A stretch of 64,000 nucleotides of DNA from a virus. This document shows positions 38,444 through 47,977 of this stretch, piece after piece. The notes under the pieces are model-generated. The model did not search any database, was not told the DNA's origin, and was given only the letters and a program-made list of their open reading frames with translations. The stretch lies in the IMG/VR virus record IMGVR_UViG_3300045825_000261, positions 1 to 64,000 of that record. The stretch is one strand, 5' to 3'. A program made the position numbers and the translations under genes. The stretch's first letter is position 1, and every line of letters starts with the position of its first letter.

Positions 38444-39097
38444 CTAGTCGCGTCTTACGGGAACATGAATGGCGCTTGCCATGACTAGAGTCAAGACCTG
38501 ATCCATAACAATATAAGCATTCATTTCATCAAAGCTTGGAATGTAAAGATCATACTTGTCTTGAGTGCTTTTGGCGTTAATTGACCAGCCGGCCTCAACT
38601 GACAGCATTACATTAAAGCGTGCCGAATAAGTCAATAGTGCTTTATCGTTTACCGATGGGTCGGTTAAGCTAATCTCGGACAAGAAGCGACGCAGAAATC
38701 TGTCACCAATGACTTCTGGTGGGCAGTCAATAAATAGAGAGATGAACTTAATTCCATTTTGTTTTGCGAACTCCTTAATCTGCTTTTTACCTTCAGGCTC
38801 AACGACAACGACAACGCTTTTACCAAGCGCAAAAATTCTCTCAGTTTCGGCAACAGAGACGCCGTAGTGGTTTCCGCTAAACTGCACACTCTCCACAAAC
38901 TCACCTCTTGCAGCGCTTGCGGCAAATGTAACAGCGTCAACGAAATAGTAATCGACGCCATCAACTTCATCTGGGCGAGGCGTGCGCGTGGTTGTGGAAA
39001 TTACACTCTCGAAGCCAAGCAGCCCAATCATCATTTCCTCAAGCGTTGATTTGCCGGCACAGGATGGGCCAGTAAGCGTAACAATCATTCTACTCAT
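38444..39097 (-). CDS. gmk: guanylate-kinase-like nucleotide kinase
   Basis: GPSCAGKS, STTTRTPRPDEVDGVDYYF, NHYG. Confidence 0.88.
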   Translation of the reverse strand: MSRMIVTLTGPSCAGKSTLEEMMIGLLGFESVISTTTRTPRPDEVDGVDYYFVDAVTFAASAARGEFVESVQFSGNHYGVSVAETERIFALGKSVVVVVEPEGKKQIKEFAKQNGIKFISLFIDCPPEVIGDRFLRRFLSEISLTDPSVNDKALLTYSARFNVMLSVEAGWSINAKSTQDKYDLYIPSFDEMNAYIVMDQVLTLVMASAIHVPVRRD

Positions 39098-39120
39098 TTC
39101 ATTTCTCCTATCGTTAAAAT

Positions 39121-39146
39121 AATAAGGGAGCCGAAGCTCCCTTATT
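39121..39146. terminator. rho-independent terminator
   Basis: AATAAGGGAGC-CGAA-GCTCCCTTATT. Confidence 0.85.
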
Positions 39147-39167
39147 TGTCGCGTTAATTAAAAACCA

Positions 39168-39878
39168 TTAAGCGGCTACAGCACCATCATTCATCACCAA
39201 GCGCCACTTAGCACCCAAGAACTGCAACACAACTGCGTCATTGCCGTTGAAGGTGATTGTGGTCAAAACGCCAGGCATATGAAGACCGCGCATTGTTACA
39301 GTGCCAGCGCCAAACATCGCCAGAGACTTCTTCTGAGACTCGTCACCATCAGGCAAGTACACATCAAACGCGCCAGCAGCATTGAACTGAGTGTGCTCGG
39401 TATCCATAGAGATGTAGGACAGGGCAGAGCCCAAGTTCGTGGACTGAGTAATAGTGTTTGTACCGCCGGAAGTCTTAGCGCTTGCAACGGTGAAGCCAGT
39501 TGTCGCGCCGTAAGAAGGCGTGCAGGTCAAAGTCGTTGTGCCGTTCGTAGAGAACAGACCAGCGGCAACGCCTGGATATGCAGCTTGAGAAGCCAACAGA
39601 CCGTTAAACTGAGCAACCAAGGAGGTCAGAGACGCAGCCAAAGAAGCGCCAGGAACAAACTGAACGGCAGTTGGGTTAGCGGCTACAGCCGTCAGGGCTA
39701 CAGCGCCAAAGGTGATCGAATCGCCAGCGGCCCAGTTGGTGCTCAACAACACACTTGATGCAGACGAAATCACACCGCCTGCTGTAATTACTTCCGGTAC
39801 GCCGGATTTTCCAGCTTGAATTGCTGGCATTGGTGCTTGAAAGTGTTCAACGGGCACGTACTTGGGTGAATGAGACAT
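39168..39878 (-). CDS. probable virion decoration/fibre protein
   Basis: A/G/T/S-rich; strong AAGGAG RBS; own terminator. Confidence 0.55.
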   Translation of the reverse strand: MSHSPKYVPVEHFQAPMPAIQAGKSGVPEVITAGGVISSASSVLLSTNWAAGDSITFGAVALTAVAANPTAVQFVPGASLAASLTSLVAQFNGLLASQAAYPGVAAGLFSTNGTTTLTCTPSYGATTGFTVASAKTSGGTNTITQSTNLGSALSYISMDTEHTQFNAAGAFDVYLPDGDESQKKSLAMFGAGTVTMRGLHMPGVLTTITFNGNDAVVLQFLGAKWRLVMNDGAVAA

Positions 39879-39954
39879 CGTATTACTCCTTAAATTAAGT
39901 TTGGTAAGTCACGAGTGACTTTATCACAGAAAGAAAAAATGTTCAAGACTTCAC

Positions 39955-40146
39955 CTATATTGAGCCACCTGTCGGCTGATTGACCAATTTACGTGTAATC
40001 ATTTCCAAAAACCGCGTCATAACAAAGATCGAAACCTCCTGACCTCGATTGTCCAAAACTCGAACAACCCCACCCACTCCAGTGGCGATAATTTGCTCCG
40101 TCCAGGGGAATGTTGCCTTAATCGCTTCAAACTCTTTTTGATCCAC
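39955..40146 (-). CDS. hypothetical protein
   Basis: GGGAG RBS. Confidence 0.6.
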   Translation of the reverse strand: MDQKEFEAIKATFPWTEQIIATGVGGVVRVLDNRGQEVSIFVMTRFLEMITRKLVNQPTGGSI

Positions 40147-40148
40147 AA

Positions 40149-41525
40149 CTACTCTCCCTTAATTGCGTTTTCAAATTGCTTGCGAACCTGAGCAAGATCA
40201 TCGGCAACCGATTTGTCAGTGCGATAACTTTGCTCTGCCATGCGAGGCAAAAACAACGAGTGAAAGTCATTGCTTTCAGACGGGTCAACCAACTCATTCG
40301 CACGAACGACGATAATCTTGCCGATGAACTCTTCCGGATTCGCATCAACGCGGTCACGCAAAGCCTCATTCTTTACCGTAGTGCTTACCAGCAAAAGCCC
40401 ATCACTTGAGCGACAAGCAAATGCACCGGCACGACCTTCGTTCTTTGAGCCAACCTTGCCGGATTCGATGCCAATAATTTCCAGATCGACATCTACTTCA
40501 AGCTTGAACTTGATTTGCTCCTTGCTCGTTGTGTCCTTCCAGATCGCGTCAGGATGCTTTAAAATCACGCCCTCTTTACCTTGAGCAAGCAACTTGCGAT
40601 AATGCGCTGTGGCTGCGCTAATAGACTTCACAACGATCGTTGGAATCAGCATTACCGATCGCTCAACAGCACTAGACCCCTTAAGCTTCAAGATCACACC
40701 AGCGAGGCGAGAACGGTACGGAGTGGCGTACTTGCCCTTCGGCATCACTGATGAAAGCGGTATTGCATCCCAGATCAAATATACCGGACGCTCATTTGGG
40801 GCAAAATCGCCGCCGCTTTGAATGCTATTCATGACGCCATTGCCGTCAGCGCGATCGCAAAGAACGCCATCACGAAACACGACAATTTCACCGTGATGCT
40901 GAAATCCTTCATTCGTGCATAAGCGAATGTCGGCAACCAGCGAATCAAACTTCTCGACCGGCAATTCATTACCCTGACGTGTGGTAATTCGCACAAGACC
41001 ACCAACTTCGTGATCAATGTTGGAAAACATACCGTCAGCCTTTTCTTGAACGAACACACCTTTATCCCAGGGCCACAGCGACAGGTTGGTGTCTTTCGGC
41101 AACGCACAGCGCATATATGGAAACTCTGGAATCAACCCCTTCACCGCCTTGTTACAGGTTGACTCTGAAAAGTCGGCACGCAGATTTTTACGAATGATGC
41201 GGCGAAACAGCTCAGCGGAGTCCTCTGTCAGCATGTCAAGCTCGGCGGCCACAACGTCACGCGCATCGTTGCCGGTGAGCTTACGCGAAATCAGATCGTC
41301 GAGAATCTGCCAAGTTACATCATCGAACCGCTTAAAGCCTTCGTGCGCTTTTCCGATCGGGAGCTTATTGATACCGAATGTCTTAAATGGATTGTACGTG
41401 TACTCAAGCACACGAACGAACTCGGGACTCGCTGCGGCATTCGCTGTCACAAGGGCAACCTTGTCGTTCTTCCCTGGCGTGGCGGCGATATTTTCAATCG
41501 CGGCAAAAATAGCATCAGATAACAT
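40149..41525 (-). CDS. lig: ATP-dependent DNA ligase
   Basis: EKADG, HGEIV, EGVILK, KFKLE, FLPR. Confidence 0.93.
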   Translation of the reverse strand: MLSDAIFAAIENIAATPGKNDKVALVTANAAASPEFVRVLEYTYNPFKTFGINKLPIGKAHEGFKRFDDVTWQILDDLISRKLTGNDARDVVAAELDMLTEDSAELFRRIIRKNLRADFSESTCNKAVKGLIPEFPYMRCALPKDTNLSLWPWDKGVFVQEKADGMFSNIDHEVGGLVRITTRQGNELPVEKFDSLVADIRLCTNEGFQHHGEIVVFRDGVLCDRADGNGVMNSIQSGGDFAPNERPVYLIWDAIPLSSVMPKGKYATPYRSRLAGVILKLKGSSAVERSVMLIPTIVVKSISAATAHYRKLLAQGKEGVILKHPDAIWKDTTSKEQIKFKLEVDVDLEIIGIESGKVGSKNEGRAGAFACRSSDGLLLVSTTVKNEALRDRVDANPEEFIGKIIVVRANELVDPSESNDFHSLFLPRMAEQSYRTDKSVADDLAQVRKQFENAIKGE

Positions 41526-41527
41526 AA

Positions 41528-41845
41528 TTAAGCCTCTTCACTTTTAAAAGTGCCATCAATAATCGTTTCAGCCTGATCAAGAAACGATTCAACAAAGACG
41601 TTAAGAAGTTTTTGAGCAACCTTTGCCGTCTGCTCATCACTGAGGTCATGAGCAATCTTGGAGCGATTGAGAAGATGAGCGTTCAAGTGAACGGCAAGGT
41701 CGGTGATAACGGCGCTCGATACCGCAAGGTCAGCATCATCAATTGACGAAAGCGCGTGTACTACGGCATTCCTACAGTCATCAAAGTGCTTGTCAAATTC
41801 GGCACGTTTTTCGGCAAGTTGCTCTTCGGTAATTTTTGCATTCAT
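41528..41845 (-). CDS. hypothetical protein
   Basis: AGGAG RBS. Confidence 0.7.
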   Translation of the reverse strand: MNAKITEEQLAEKRAEFDKHFDDCRNAVVHALSSIDDADLAVSSAVITDLAVHLNAHLLNRSKIAHDLSDEQTAKVAQKLLNVFVESFLDQAETIIDGTFKSEEA

Positions 41846-41865
41846 GTTTTTTTCTCCTAAGTAAA

Positions 41866-42504
41866 TTAAGCTGCTGCGGTTGCGGCAAGTCTTGCTCTTG
41901 CCATTTCAATCAAACTCATACCGCTCTTTTGAGGTGATAAGACTGTCATTTTCTCAATCGACATTGTTGACTTTGGTTTTGGTTCTTCGGGTTTGATGAG
42001 AACCTTTTTAAGCTCCGCTGGCGCAGTCTCTTTCATTGCAATATTTATTGCGTCTGCGTAGTCGCCACCAATATTAAGTGCGGAATCTTGCGTTTCGACT
42101 TCAACTTTTGGCACAGTTCTCGCAACCGGCATGTTGAATGAAGACTTTTTATTACTAAGCGAAGCAATCTTTTCATGCAATTCCAATTGTCTCGTCTCGT
42201 ACTTGGCGTTAATTCTTGCTCTGCTGACGTAATAGAGTGCGTGGCCGGCCGCGACTTCCTCCCGACGCATTCTCGCCGCCTTGCAGGTGTTGTGATTGAT
42301 TGCATCGCCGCAAGATGAATTCATTTCAGAAATCTCGCCACGCTTACTTTCACTGAGCCGCTTCATACAAACGCAATACGCGGCGGTGCGACCAACAATC
42401 GTACAGTCGTCAAAGTAAAACGCATTCGTTCCAGACTCACTCTTGTCGAGTGAGTACGGATTGCCGCTTTCATCTGTTCTGTAAATCTCTTCCATTTCAG
42501 CCAT
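41866..42504 (-). CDS. hypothetical Cys-containing protein
   Basis: GAGGA RBS. Confidence 0.7.
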   Translation of the reverse strand: MAEMEEIYRTDESGNPYSLDKSESGTNAFYFDDCTIVGRTAAYCVCMKRLSESKRGEISEMNSSCGDAINHNTCKAARMRREEVAAGHALYYVSRARINAKYETRQLELHEKIASLSNKKSSFNMPVARTVPKVEVETQDSALNIGGDYADAINIAMKETAPAELKKVLIKPEEPKPKSTMSIEKMTVLSPQKSGMSLIEMARARLAATAAA

Positions 42505-42517
42505 TTATTCCTCCTAT

Positions 42518-42976
42518 TTACCAGCTTGCCCAATCACCGCCCCGCTCCAGTTCTGGAGCGGGCTCTTCACAAACAATGCCATCATCAACGCTGTCGCTAT
42601 CAACAATAAGCTCAACCCCCAAAGCAATACAAATTCGATTGGCGACAAGCCGCCCATAATGTTCAAAACAAACAGATTCAAGCGTAACAGACGGAACCTC
42701 GTGACCCTCGTTAAATAATCCGTAGCTAGAAAAAGTCTCGTTGTATCCTCGACCCTCTTTTTCATTCAGTATATTTAACCGAGCTAGTCCGAGATTTCGC
42801 TCGTCTGTAAACATTTCCAACTTCACCTGACAACTGTGACTGTGACACTTGTCTAATTTCCCCCACCTCTTAATCAGAACACCTCGCCCCGCACTCTGAT
42901 TCCAAAGCTGAATCGCCTCATAGAACTTAGTGCCCCACTCGTGAATCTGAATGTGACCACCCTTATGGATGTTCAT
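42518..42976 (-). CDS. WGR-like domain protein, C-terminus DWASW
   Basis: TKFYE...KRWGK...EKEGRGY. Confidence 0.6.
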   Translation of the reverse strand: MNIHKGGHIQIHEWGTKFYEAIQLWNQSAGRGVLIKRWGKLDKCHSHSCQVKLEMFTDERNLGLARLNILNEKEGRGYNETFSSYGLFNEGHEVPSVTLESVCFEHYGRLVANRICIALGVELIVDSDSVDDGIVCEEPAPELERGGDWASW

Positions 42977-43070
42977 GTCTCACCTCTCTATCTTGCACTG
43001 CTCACAAGAAACATTATATAAACCGCAAGCTGGATATTATAGTCATTTGTGACTTACTCCAGCTAATAAG

Positions 43071-44165
43071 TTACGACATTTTTGACGCCATCATCTTCAA
43101 CTTAGTCATTGTCATGGCATTGACGCTCATTGCCTTCCAGTACGCATCGCGAACAGCGGGCGCGGCTACCTCATTCGGATCTTTGCCGACCGGCAGTACG
43201 GCAACGCGAGTGTTAAAGCCGTAACCTTTCAACTTTAGCGCCGCTTCTGCCGCCGCCTCAAGTGCTTTCGGTTCAGCATCCCACATAAACGTAACCGTCT
43301 TCAGACCTCGCTCTTTCAATTGCATTAGCTTGGCTACCTGACTGCTATCGTCGCCAAACGACAGGCTCTTACCAAACGAACCAACAGGCACAATGTCCCT
43401 AAGCTCCATCTGTCCATCGAGCGCGATCTTGGTGGCCATAACGTCGAACACGCCCTCGCCAATTACGACATGTTCAGCGCCCAAAGCGTTCTGACCGTTG
43501 TAAATGACGCTGCCGGTTGAGGCAAAGCCTGGTGGAAATAGATACTTCTTTTCAGCGTCACCCGTAATGTCGCGTCCTTGAAACGACACAAGTTCACCTT
43601 CCAGATCAAATATGGGAATAATGATTCTGTTGGCGTACGATTGATGACGATCTTTCCCATCTTCGTCCCTGTAGTTAAACCAGCCCTTCTTTGAAAACCT
43701 CAACCCAAAGTATCGAGCCACACTGGAGTCGATGTTTCGATTTATCAGGTACTTCAAGTTTCGCCCATCGCGAGGCAGCGCAAACGAGTCAGGCAAAACT
43801 AACTCAGTATTGAGATTGGTAGCTACCGCAATTCGCTTAGGCGGACGCCATCCCTGCTCTTTCGCCGCCTGCTTAATATGTTCGATAACCTCTCTGGTGC
43901 TCATGTGTCCAAAGAATGACTTGATGAATGTGAACTTGTTAAATTTCTTTTCACAATCGCCAGAGAAACAGTTCCCAAAGCCAGTCTCAAGACCAATATA
44001 GACCTTCCAGTTTGAATTGCCGCAGCATGGGCATTCCTTTACGTTTGCTTGTGGCCCTCTTGAGCCACGCTCGCGCTTGTAAGTAATTCCCTCTCGATCA
44101 AGCCATGACTCTATGTCCAGCATGTCGAGAATTTCGCCAAGCTCGTCACTCAGCATATTCTGCAC
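43071..44165 (-). CDS. DNA primase (Zn finger + TOPRIM)
   Basis: CPCC...C..C, IGEGVFD, WDAE, KDPNE. Confidence 0.9.
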   Translation of the reverse strand: MQNMLSDELGEILDMLDIESWLDREGITYKRERGSRGPQANVKECPCCGNSNWKVYIGLETGFGNCFSGDCEKKFNKFTFIKSFFGHMSTREVIEHIKQAAKEQGWRPPKRIAVATNLNTELVLPDSFALPRDGRNLKYLINRNIDSSVARYFGLRFSKKGWFNYRDEDGKDRHQSYANRIIIPIFDLEGELVSFQGRDITGDAEKKYLFPPGFASTGSVIYNGQNALGAEHVVIGEGVFDVMATKIALDGQMELRDIVPVGSFGKSLSFGDDSSQVAKLMQLKERGLKTVTFMWDAEPKALEAAAEAALKLKGYGFNTRVAVLPVGKDPNEVAAPAVRDAYWKAMSVNAMTMTKLKMMASKMS

Positions 44166-44352
44166 TCACTAACGTCCAAAAGTCCGTGATAACACATACG
44201 ATAGCGCTGGCGGAAAGACCGTGACGAACGAGCATGGCAACTATGTTGCGAAGACGCTTCTCTGTCGTCGCACACCAGAAGCCAACACCCTTCACTTTTA
44301 CGATTGCGTCCTCAATCTCTTTTTCAAACTTGCTCACTTCAACCTCACTCAA
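44146..44352 (-). CDS. hypothetical protein
   Basis: short ORF downstream of the promoter at 44367-44388. Confidence 0.5.
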   Translation of the reverse strand: MSEVEVSKFEKEIEDAIVKVKGVGFWCATTEKRLRNIVAMLVRHGLSASAIVCVITDFWTLVSAEYAE

Positions 44353-44412
44353 TTTTGACTTACATTATTTTCTCACAATTGATCAGGAGTGACTTACCTC
44401 CTGACCGGACAT

Positions 44413-45825
44413 TTACTCAACCCCAATGACGCTCTCTACGAACTTCATTCGAGCCAAATCCTGCTTGATAATAATGACGAACCCGCTCTCTTGATTTCGA
44501 GACGCGGCAAAGTACAGACGAGCCTCGCCCTTCTTCGCCTCTTCTTCCGTCTTGTTGATCGAGATAACCAAATCGGCAGTTCTGATCTTGTTAAAGTCTT
44601 CAGCAACGTGTTCGGCTTTCGCTACCGTAGCCTTAAAGCCTTCTCGATTCGTCTGAGTTGCGGTAAGAACGGCGCAGTCAAACTCAAACGCTATCGCACG
44701 AAGTCCAAGACCGATCGACTTGGAGTTCTCAATAACGCTGTCAGTGCGATTGTCGGGACACATAATATCGGCGTAATCGACAACAACCATGTCATAGCGA
44801 GTACCCTTTGACTTGTGTGCCTCAAGCAGCTTTCGCAACATTGCCGGACTCAACATGCCAGACGGGTACTCTGCAAGGTCAAGTTTGCCGGCGCGAGCCT
44901 CTAGCGCCGACAGCTTCGACTCAATGGTCTTCATGCTGATGGTCAAGTCCTTCATCAGCGTGTTTGTAATACACGCATCTAGCCGCTCTTCAATAATCCG
45001 AGCAGCAACCTCACACGTCACATACAGTACATTTTTTCCAGCGAGTGATGCTGCTTGAGCGAAGTTAATCAAGGCAGTGGTCTTACCCGCTTTCGCACCG
45101 CCCATAATGATCGTAAGTTCCTTGCGCCCCCAGCCCTTGTGATAAAGCAACTCGTCCATGCGGTGAATGCCGGTCGTGATGCCCATAGGCGGCATCTTTC
45201 CGGCTATTCTGTCTGCACGTTCTTCTGTTCTTGCCTCGGTATCCCAATAACTGCGAATGCCGCCGTCCTCATTCAACCCAATCTCAAGAGCGGCCTTGAA
45301 CGAACTCTCGATTTTGGAGAAGTTTTTCTTCTCCAGAAGCGATACCGATGCAAGAATCGCCTGCGCAGTGGCCTGATGTCTTGCGAATTCAGCAAGCTTA
45401 TCCGCAACATAGTTGCCGTCTGTCAGATCATCCTGCTTCATTTGCTTCCAGGCGGCGGACACGACAGACAGAATGTCCTTACGAATCACGCCGCTACGAA
45501 TAGCCTCAGTGATCAACTCCTTCATCGAGGCTGTCGCGGGAACGGCGTTATACTTTTTGAAGTGCTTTATCGCCATACTGACGAGAGCGGCTTCGCCCAC
45601 ATTCTCGAAGTGATCAGGGTTAAGCAGATGTATCGTTTTTCGAACAAAGCCATCGTCTCTCAACGTAAGAGCGGCTATTCTCGACTGAAACGCATCGCTA
45701 AACTCAAACTTCTCGGCCTTTACCTCTTCTTGCTCCGACTCATCTTCGGTCGGTGAGCCGCCCATATACGAGGCGGCAATCATATCTGCGACAGAACCCT
45801 CTGTCGCACTGGTGGTTTCGACCAT
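44413..45825 (-). CDS. dnaB: DnaB-like replicative helicase
   Basis: GGAKAGKT, VVDYAD, TATQTNR. Confidence 0.9.
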   Translation of the reverse strand: MVETTSATEGSVADMIAASYMGGSPTEDESEQEEVKAEKFEFSDAFQSRIAALTLRDDGFVRKTIHLLNPDHFENVGEAALVSMAIKHFKKYNAVPATASMKELITEAIRSGVIRKDILSVVSAAWKQMKQDDLTDGNYVADKLAEFARHQATAQAILASVSLLEKKNFSKIESSFKAALEIGLNEDGGIRSYWDTEARTEERADRIAGKMPPMGITTGIHRMDELLYHKGWGRKELTIIMGGAKAGKTTALINFAQAASLAGKNVLYVTCEVAARIIEERLDACITNTLMKDLTISMKTIESKLSALEARAGKLDLAEYPSGMLSPAMLRKLLEAHKSKGTRYDMVVVDYADIMCPDNRTDSVIENSKSIGLGLRAIAFEFDCAVLTATQTNREGFKATVAKAEHVAEDFNKIRTADLVISINKTEEEAKKGEARLYFAASRNQESGFVIIIKQDLARMKFVESVIGVE

Positions 45826-45826
45826 A

Positions 45827-46213
45827 CTAACCCCCTACAGACTGTGTGCGTTCTGCAAATTGAGGCTCAAATTCAGAAATATCATGCTTGAAAATTACAC
45901 GAGTTCTGCCGTCGCTCAAGACGGATACGGTGTATTTATCAGAATGCTTAATTGTCCCAGTGAACCTTTCACCGGAGCTAACCTTCTCAAACGCTACAGT
46001 AGCGTTAGACGCCTCTAAAGCCTTCAGAAACGCCTCGTGACCCTTTGGCACTATCTTCGTCTTAGACGAAGACTTTGGTGCGCGAATAGTGCCTGAAATT
46101 CTAGACTGCATGACGCCATCAACCATCTTAGACGGAACAGAATCAGCCTCTCTCATATTTAGTGCAAACGCTCGCTGTTCCTCGCGAACCTGTTGATCGA
46201 ACGGTTTATTCAT
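45827..46213 (-). CDS. Hfq/Sm-like RNA-binding protein
   Basis: AFLKAL..V...SGERFTGTIKHSDKYTV...VIFKHDIS parallels Hfq Sm1/Sm2 (YKHAIS). Confidence 0.75.
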   Translation of the reverse strand: MNKPFDQQVREEQRAFALNMREADSVPSKMVDGVMQSRISGTIRAPKSSSKTKIVPKGHEAFLKALEASNATVAFEKVSSGERFTGTIKHSDKYTVSVLSDGRTRVIFKHDISEFEPQFAERTQSVGG

Positions 46214-46274
46214 AACTCCCCCTTATAAAAATGCAGAATCGCGCTGCACCGCTATTATAGTCACTACTGACTTA

Positions 46275-47009
46275 TTATTCTGGGAATCTCAATTCTTTCA
46301 TCGCTTCATCTACCAGATCGTCCCCAAACTGTATTCTTGCCGTTTCGATTCTCAGGGCGTTATGCTCATACATCGAAGCGCATAAAGTGAAACGCTTATG
46401 TTGCCGATTGCGAATCTGTGCAACGATAAAGTTCTCATAAGCTTTTTGGTGCGCATCTCCGTGCCACCTATAACACTTGTACCAAGTGTCCTTTGAAAGT
46501 TGTAAGCGAGTTGCACACTCCTCTTCCCACCGCATCATTACCGCAACGATCATCTCCTCGTTATCCCCCATCTGACCTGGGCGTGGCGGATACAGCGATT
46601 GCCTTCTAAAACATTCCTCTGTGTACCAGAGCATACACTCCGTCAAAAAGAAGTCATACCGAATGCCGAGACTATCAACCAACTGACGCAACCGCCAAAT
46701 CGAAAGCTTTTCCCGCGCATTGAGGAAATCATCTCCCTTGATTGGCTTAACAAAATCCGCTCTGTCTGAATCAACCGCTATTCTGGTGAATTCCCGATAC
46801 GCCATCTTGTAGCATTCCATAAAATAATTTGTCGCATACAGTGGGTGCATCCGACGATAGTCAAACCACTTTTTGTTCATCAGTTCGACCTCAAGCTTTA
46901 AAAGTTTTGCCGGTATGTGCTGAATCGTTAGAATCTCACAATCCCGAAAAGAAAAATCAGAACCAAAGAAGGAACCGCACCACTTGGGAATAACTTGGGG
47001 CATCCACAC
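46275..47009 (-). CDS. hypothetical replication-associated protein
   Basis: long ORF heading the helicase/primase operon. Confidence 0.65.
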   Translation of the reverse strand: MWMPQVIPKWCGSFFGSDFSFRDCEILTIQHIPAKLLKLEVELMNKKWFDYRRMHPLYATNYFMECYKMAYREFTRIAVDSDRADFVKPIKGDDFLNAREKLSIWRLRQLVDSLGIRYDFFLTECMLWYTEECFRRQSLYPPRPGQMGDNEEMIVAVMMRWEEECATRLQLSKDTWYKCYRWHGDAHQKAYENFIVAQIRNRQHKRFTLCASMYEHNALRIETARIQFGDDLVDEAMKELRFPE

Positions 47010-47152
47010 CGCTCCTATAAGTATTTACAATATATTTAAAACCAATTATTACCATTTATTCTTTACCGCTCGTCAGAGGACGACCCAAGTTGGGAAAGCG
47101 TATCGGTTCAGCTTTTCAACTCAAGTCGCATTGTTACATCTGAACTCTGGAA

Positions 47153-47914
47153 CTACAGTAGCGGCTGCTCGTAAGCCTGAACTATCTCCTGAACCAAACC
47201 GCTGCGAACAATATCGTCTCTTGTGAACTGAATACATTTTACTGATGGTATGTAGGACAGTTTCGCAATCGCGTCGGCAAGACCAGATTCCCCGCGAATG
47301 TCTTTTTGAGTAATGTCGCCATTCACCACAACCTTTGTATCTTGACCAATGCGGGTAAGAAACATTTTCATTTGAGTTGGGGTTGTATTTTGGGCTTCAT
47401 CAAGAATTACAAAGGCGTTCTTAAATGTTCTGCCACGCATATATGCAAGTGGGGCCGCCTCAATACGGCCGGCTTTAATTAGATACTCTACAAATGTCTT
47501 CCCAAGCCGCTCATTGAGAACGTCCTTGAACGGTTGAAGGTACGGATCAAATTTATCTTCAATCTCCCCAGGCAGGAATCCCAAGTTTTCACCAGCCTCA
47601 ACAGCGGGTCTGGTGATAATGATCTTTTCAATCTCGCCACTCTCAAGCATCTGTGCCGCTGTCGCTGCGCATAACCACGTTTTACCGCTTCCAGCAGGTC
47701 CAGTTGCAAAGGTTAGCGTAGAAGACTTCATGGCGTTGATATAGCGCCGTTGCGCATCGCTCTTAGCGGTTATTGGAGAGGTGTCTCGTTGTCGTGCTGG
47801 TGCTGGTGCTGCGTGTTCTCGCAGTTCAATTTCAACGACTTGCGCGTCATGTGGGCGTTGGTTTTTAGAGCGATGGTGCGATTGGCGCTTACTAGACATA
47901 CTTGCGTTCCTCAT
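47153..47914 (-). CDS. phoH: PhoH-like ATPase
   Basis: GPAGSGKT, LGFLPG, YMRGRT, DEAQN, GDITQKD. Confidence 0.95.
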   Translation of the reverse strand: MRNASMSSKRQSHHRSKNQRPHDAQVVEIELREHAAPAPARQRDTSPITAKSDAQRRYINAMKSSTLTFATGPAGSGKTWLCAATAAQMLESGEIEKIIITRPAVEAGENLGFLPGEIEDKFDPYLQPFKDVLNERLGKTFVEYLIKAGRIEAAPLAYMRGRTFKNAFVILDEAQNTTPTQMKMFLTRIGQDTKVVVNGDITQKDIRGESGLADAIAKLSYIPSVKCIQFTRDDIVRSGLVQEIVQAYEQPLL

Positions 47915-47977
47915 AAGTGATTAAGTGACGACTAAGAATAGCTCAGTCGTGACTTAATCACAATATAAGAAAGGTGA

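Larger units (their letters stand above)
426..44388 (-). promoter_or_regulatory. family of 17 non-canonical promoters, (T/G)CCNNN-N10-TANAAT-like
   Basis: 22-bp copies start at 426, 1104, 2707, 2807, 3213, 4619, 5355, 7471, 8279, 10699, 13562, 21983, 26910, 32981, 35027, 43013, 44367. Confidence 0.8.

Noticed and set aside
14019-45825. Inteins or introns in nrdJ, recA, dnaE, dnaB
   Set aside because: ORFs are continuous, of normal length, and lack splice motifs.
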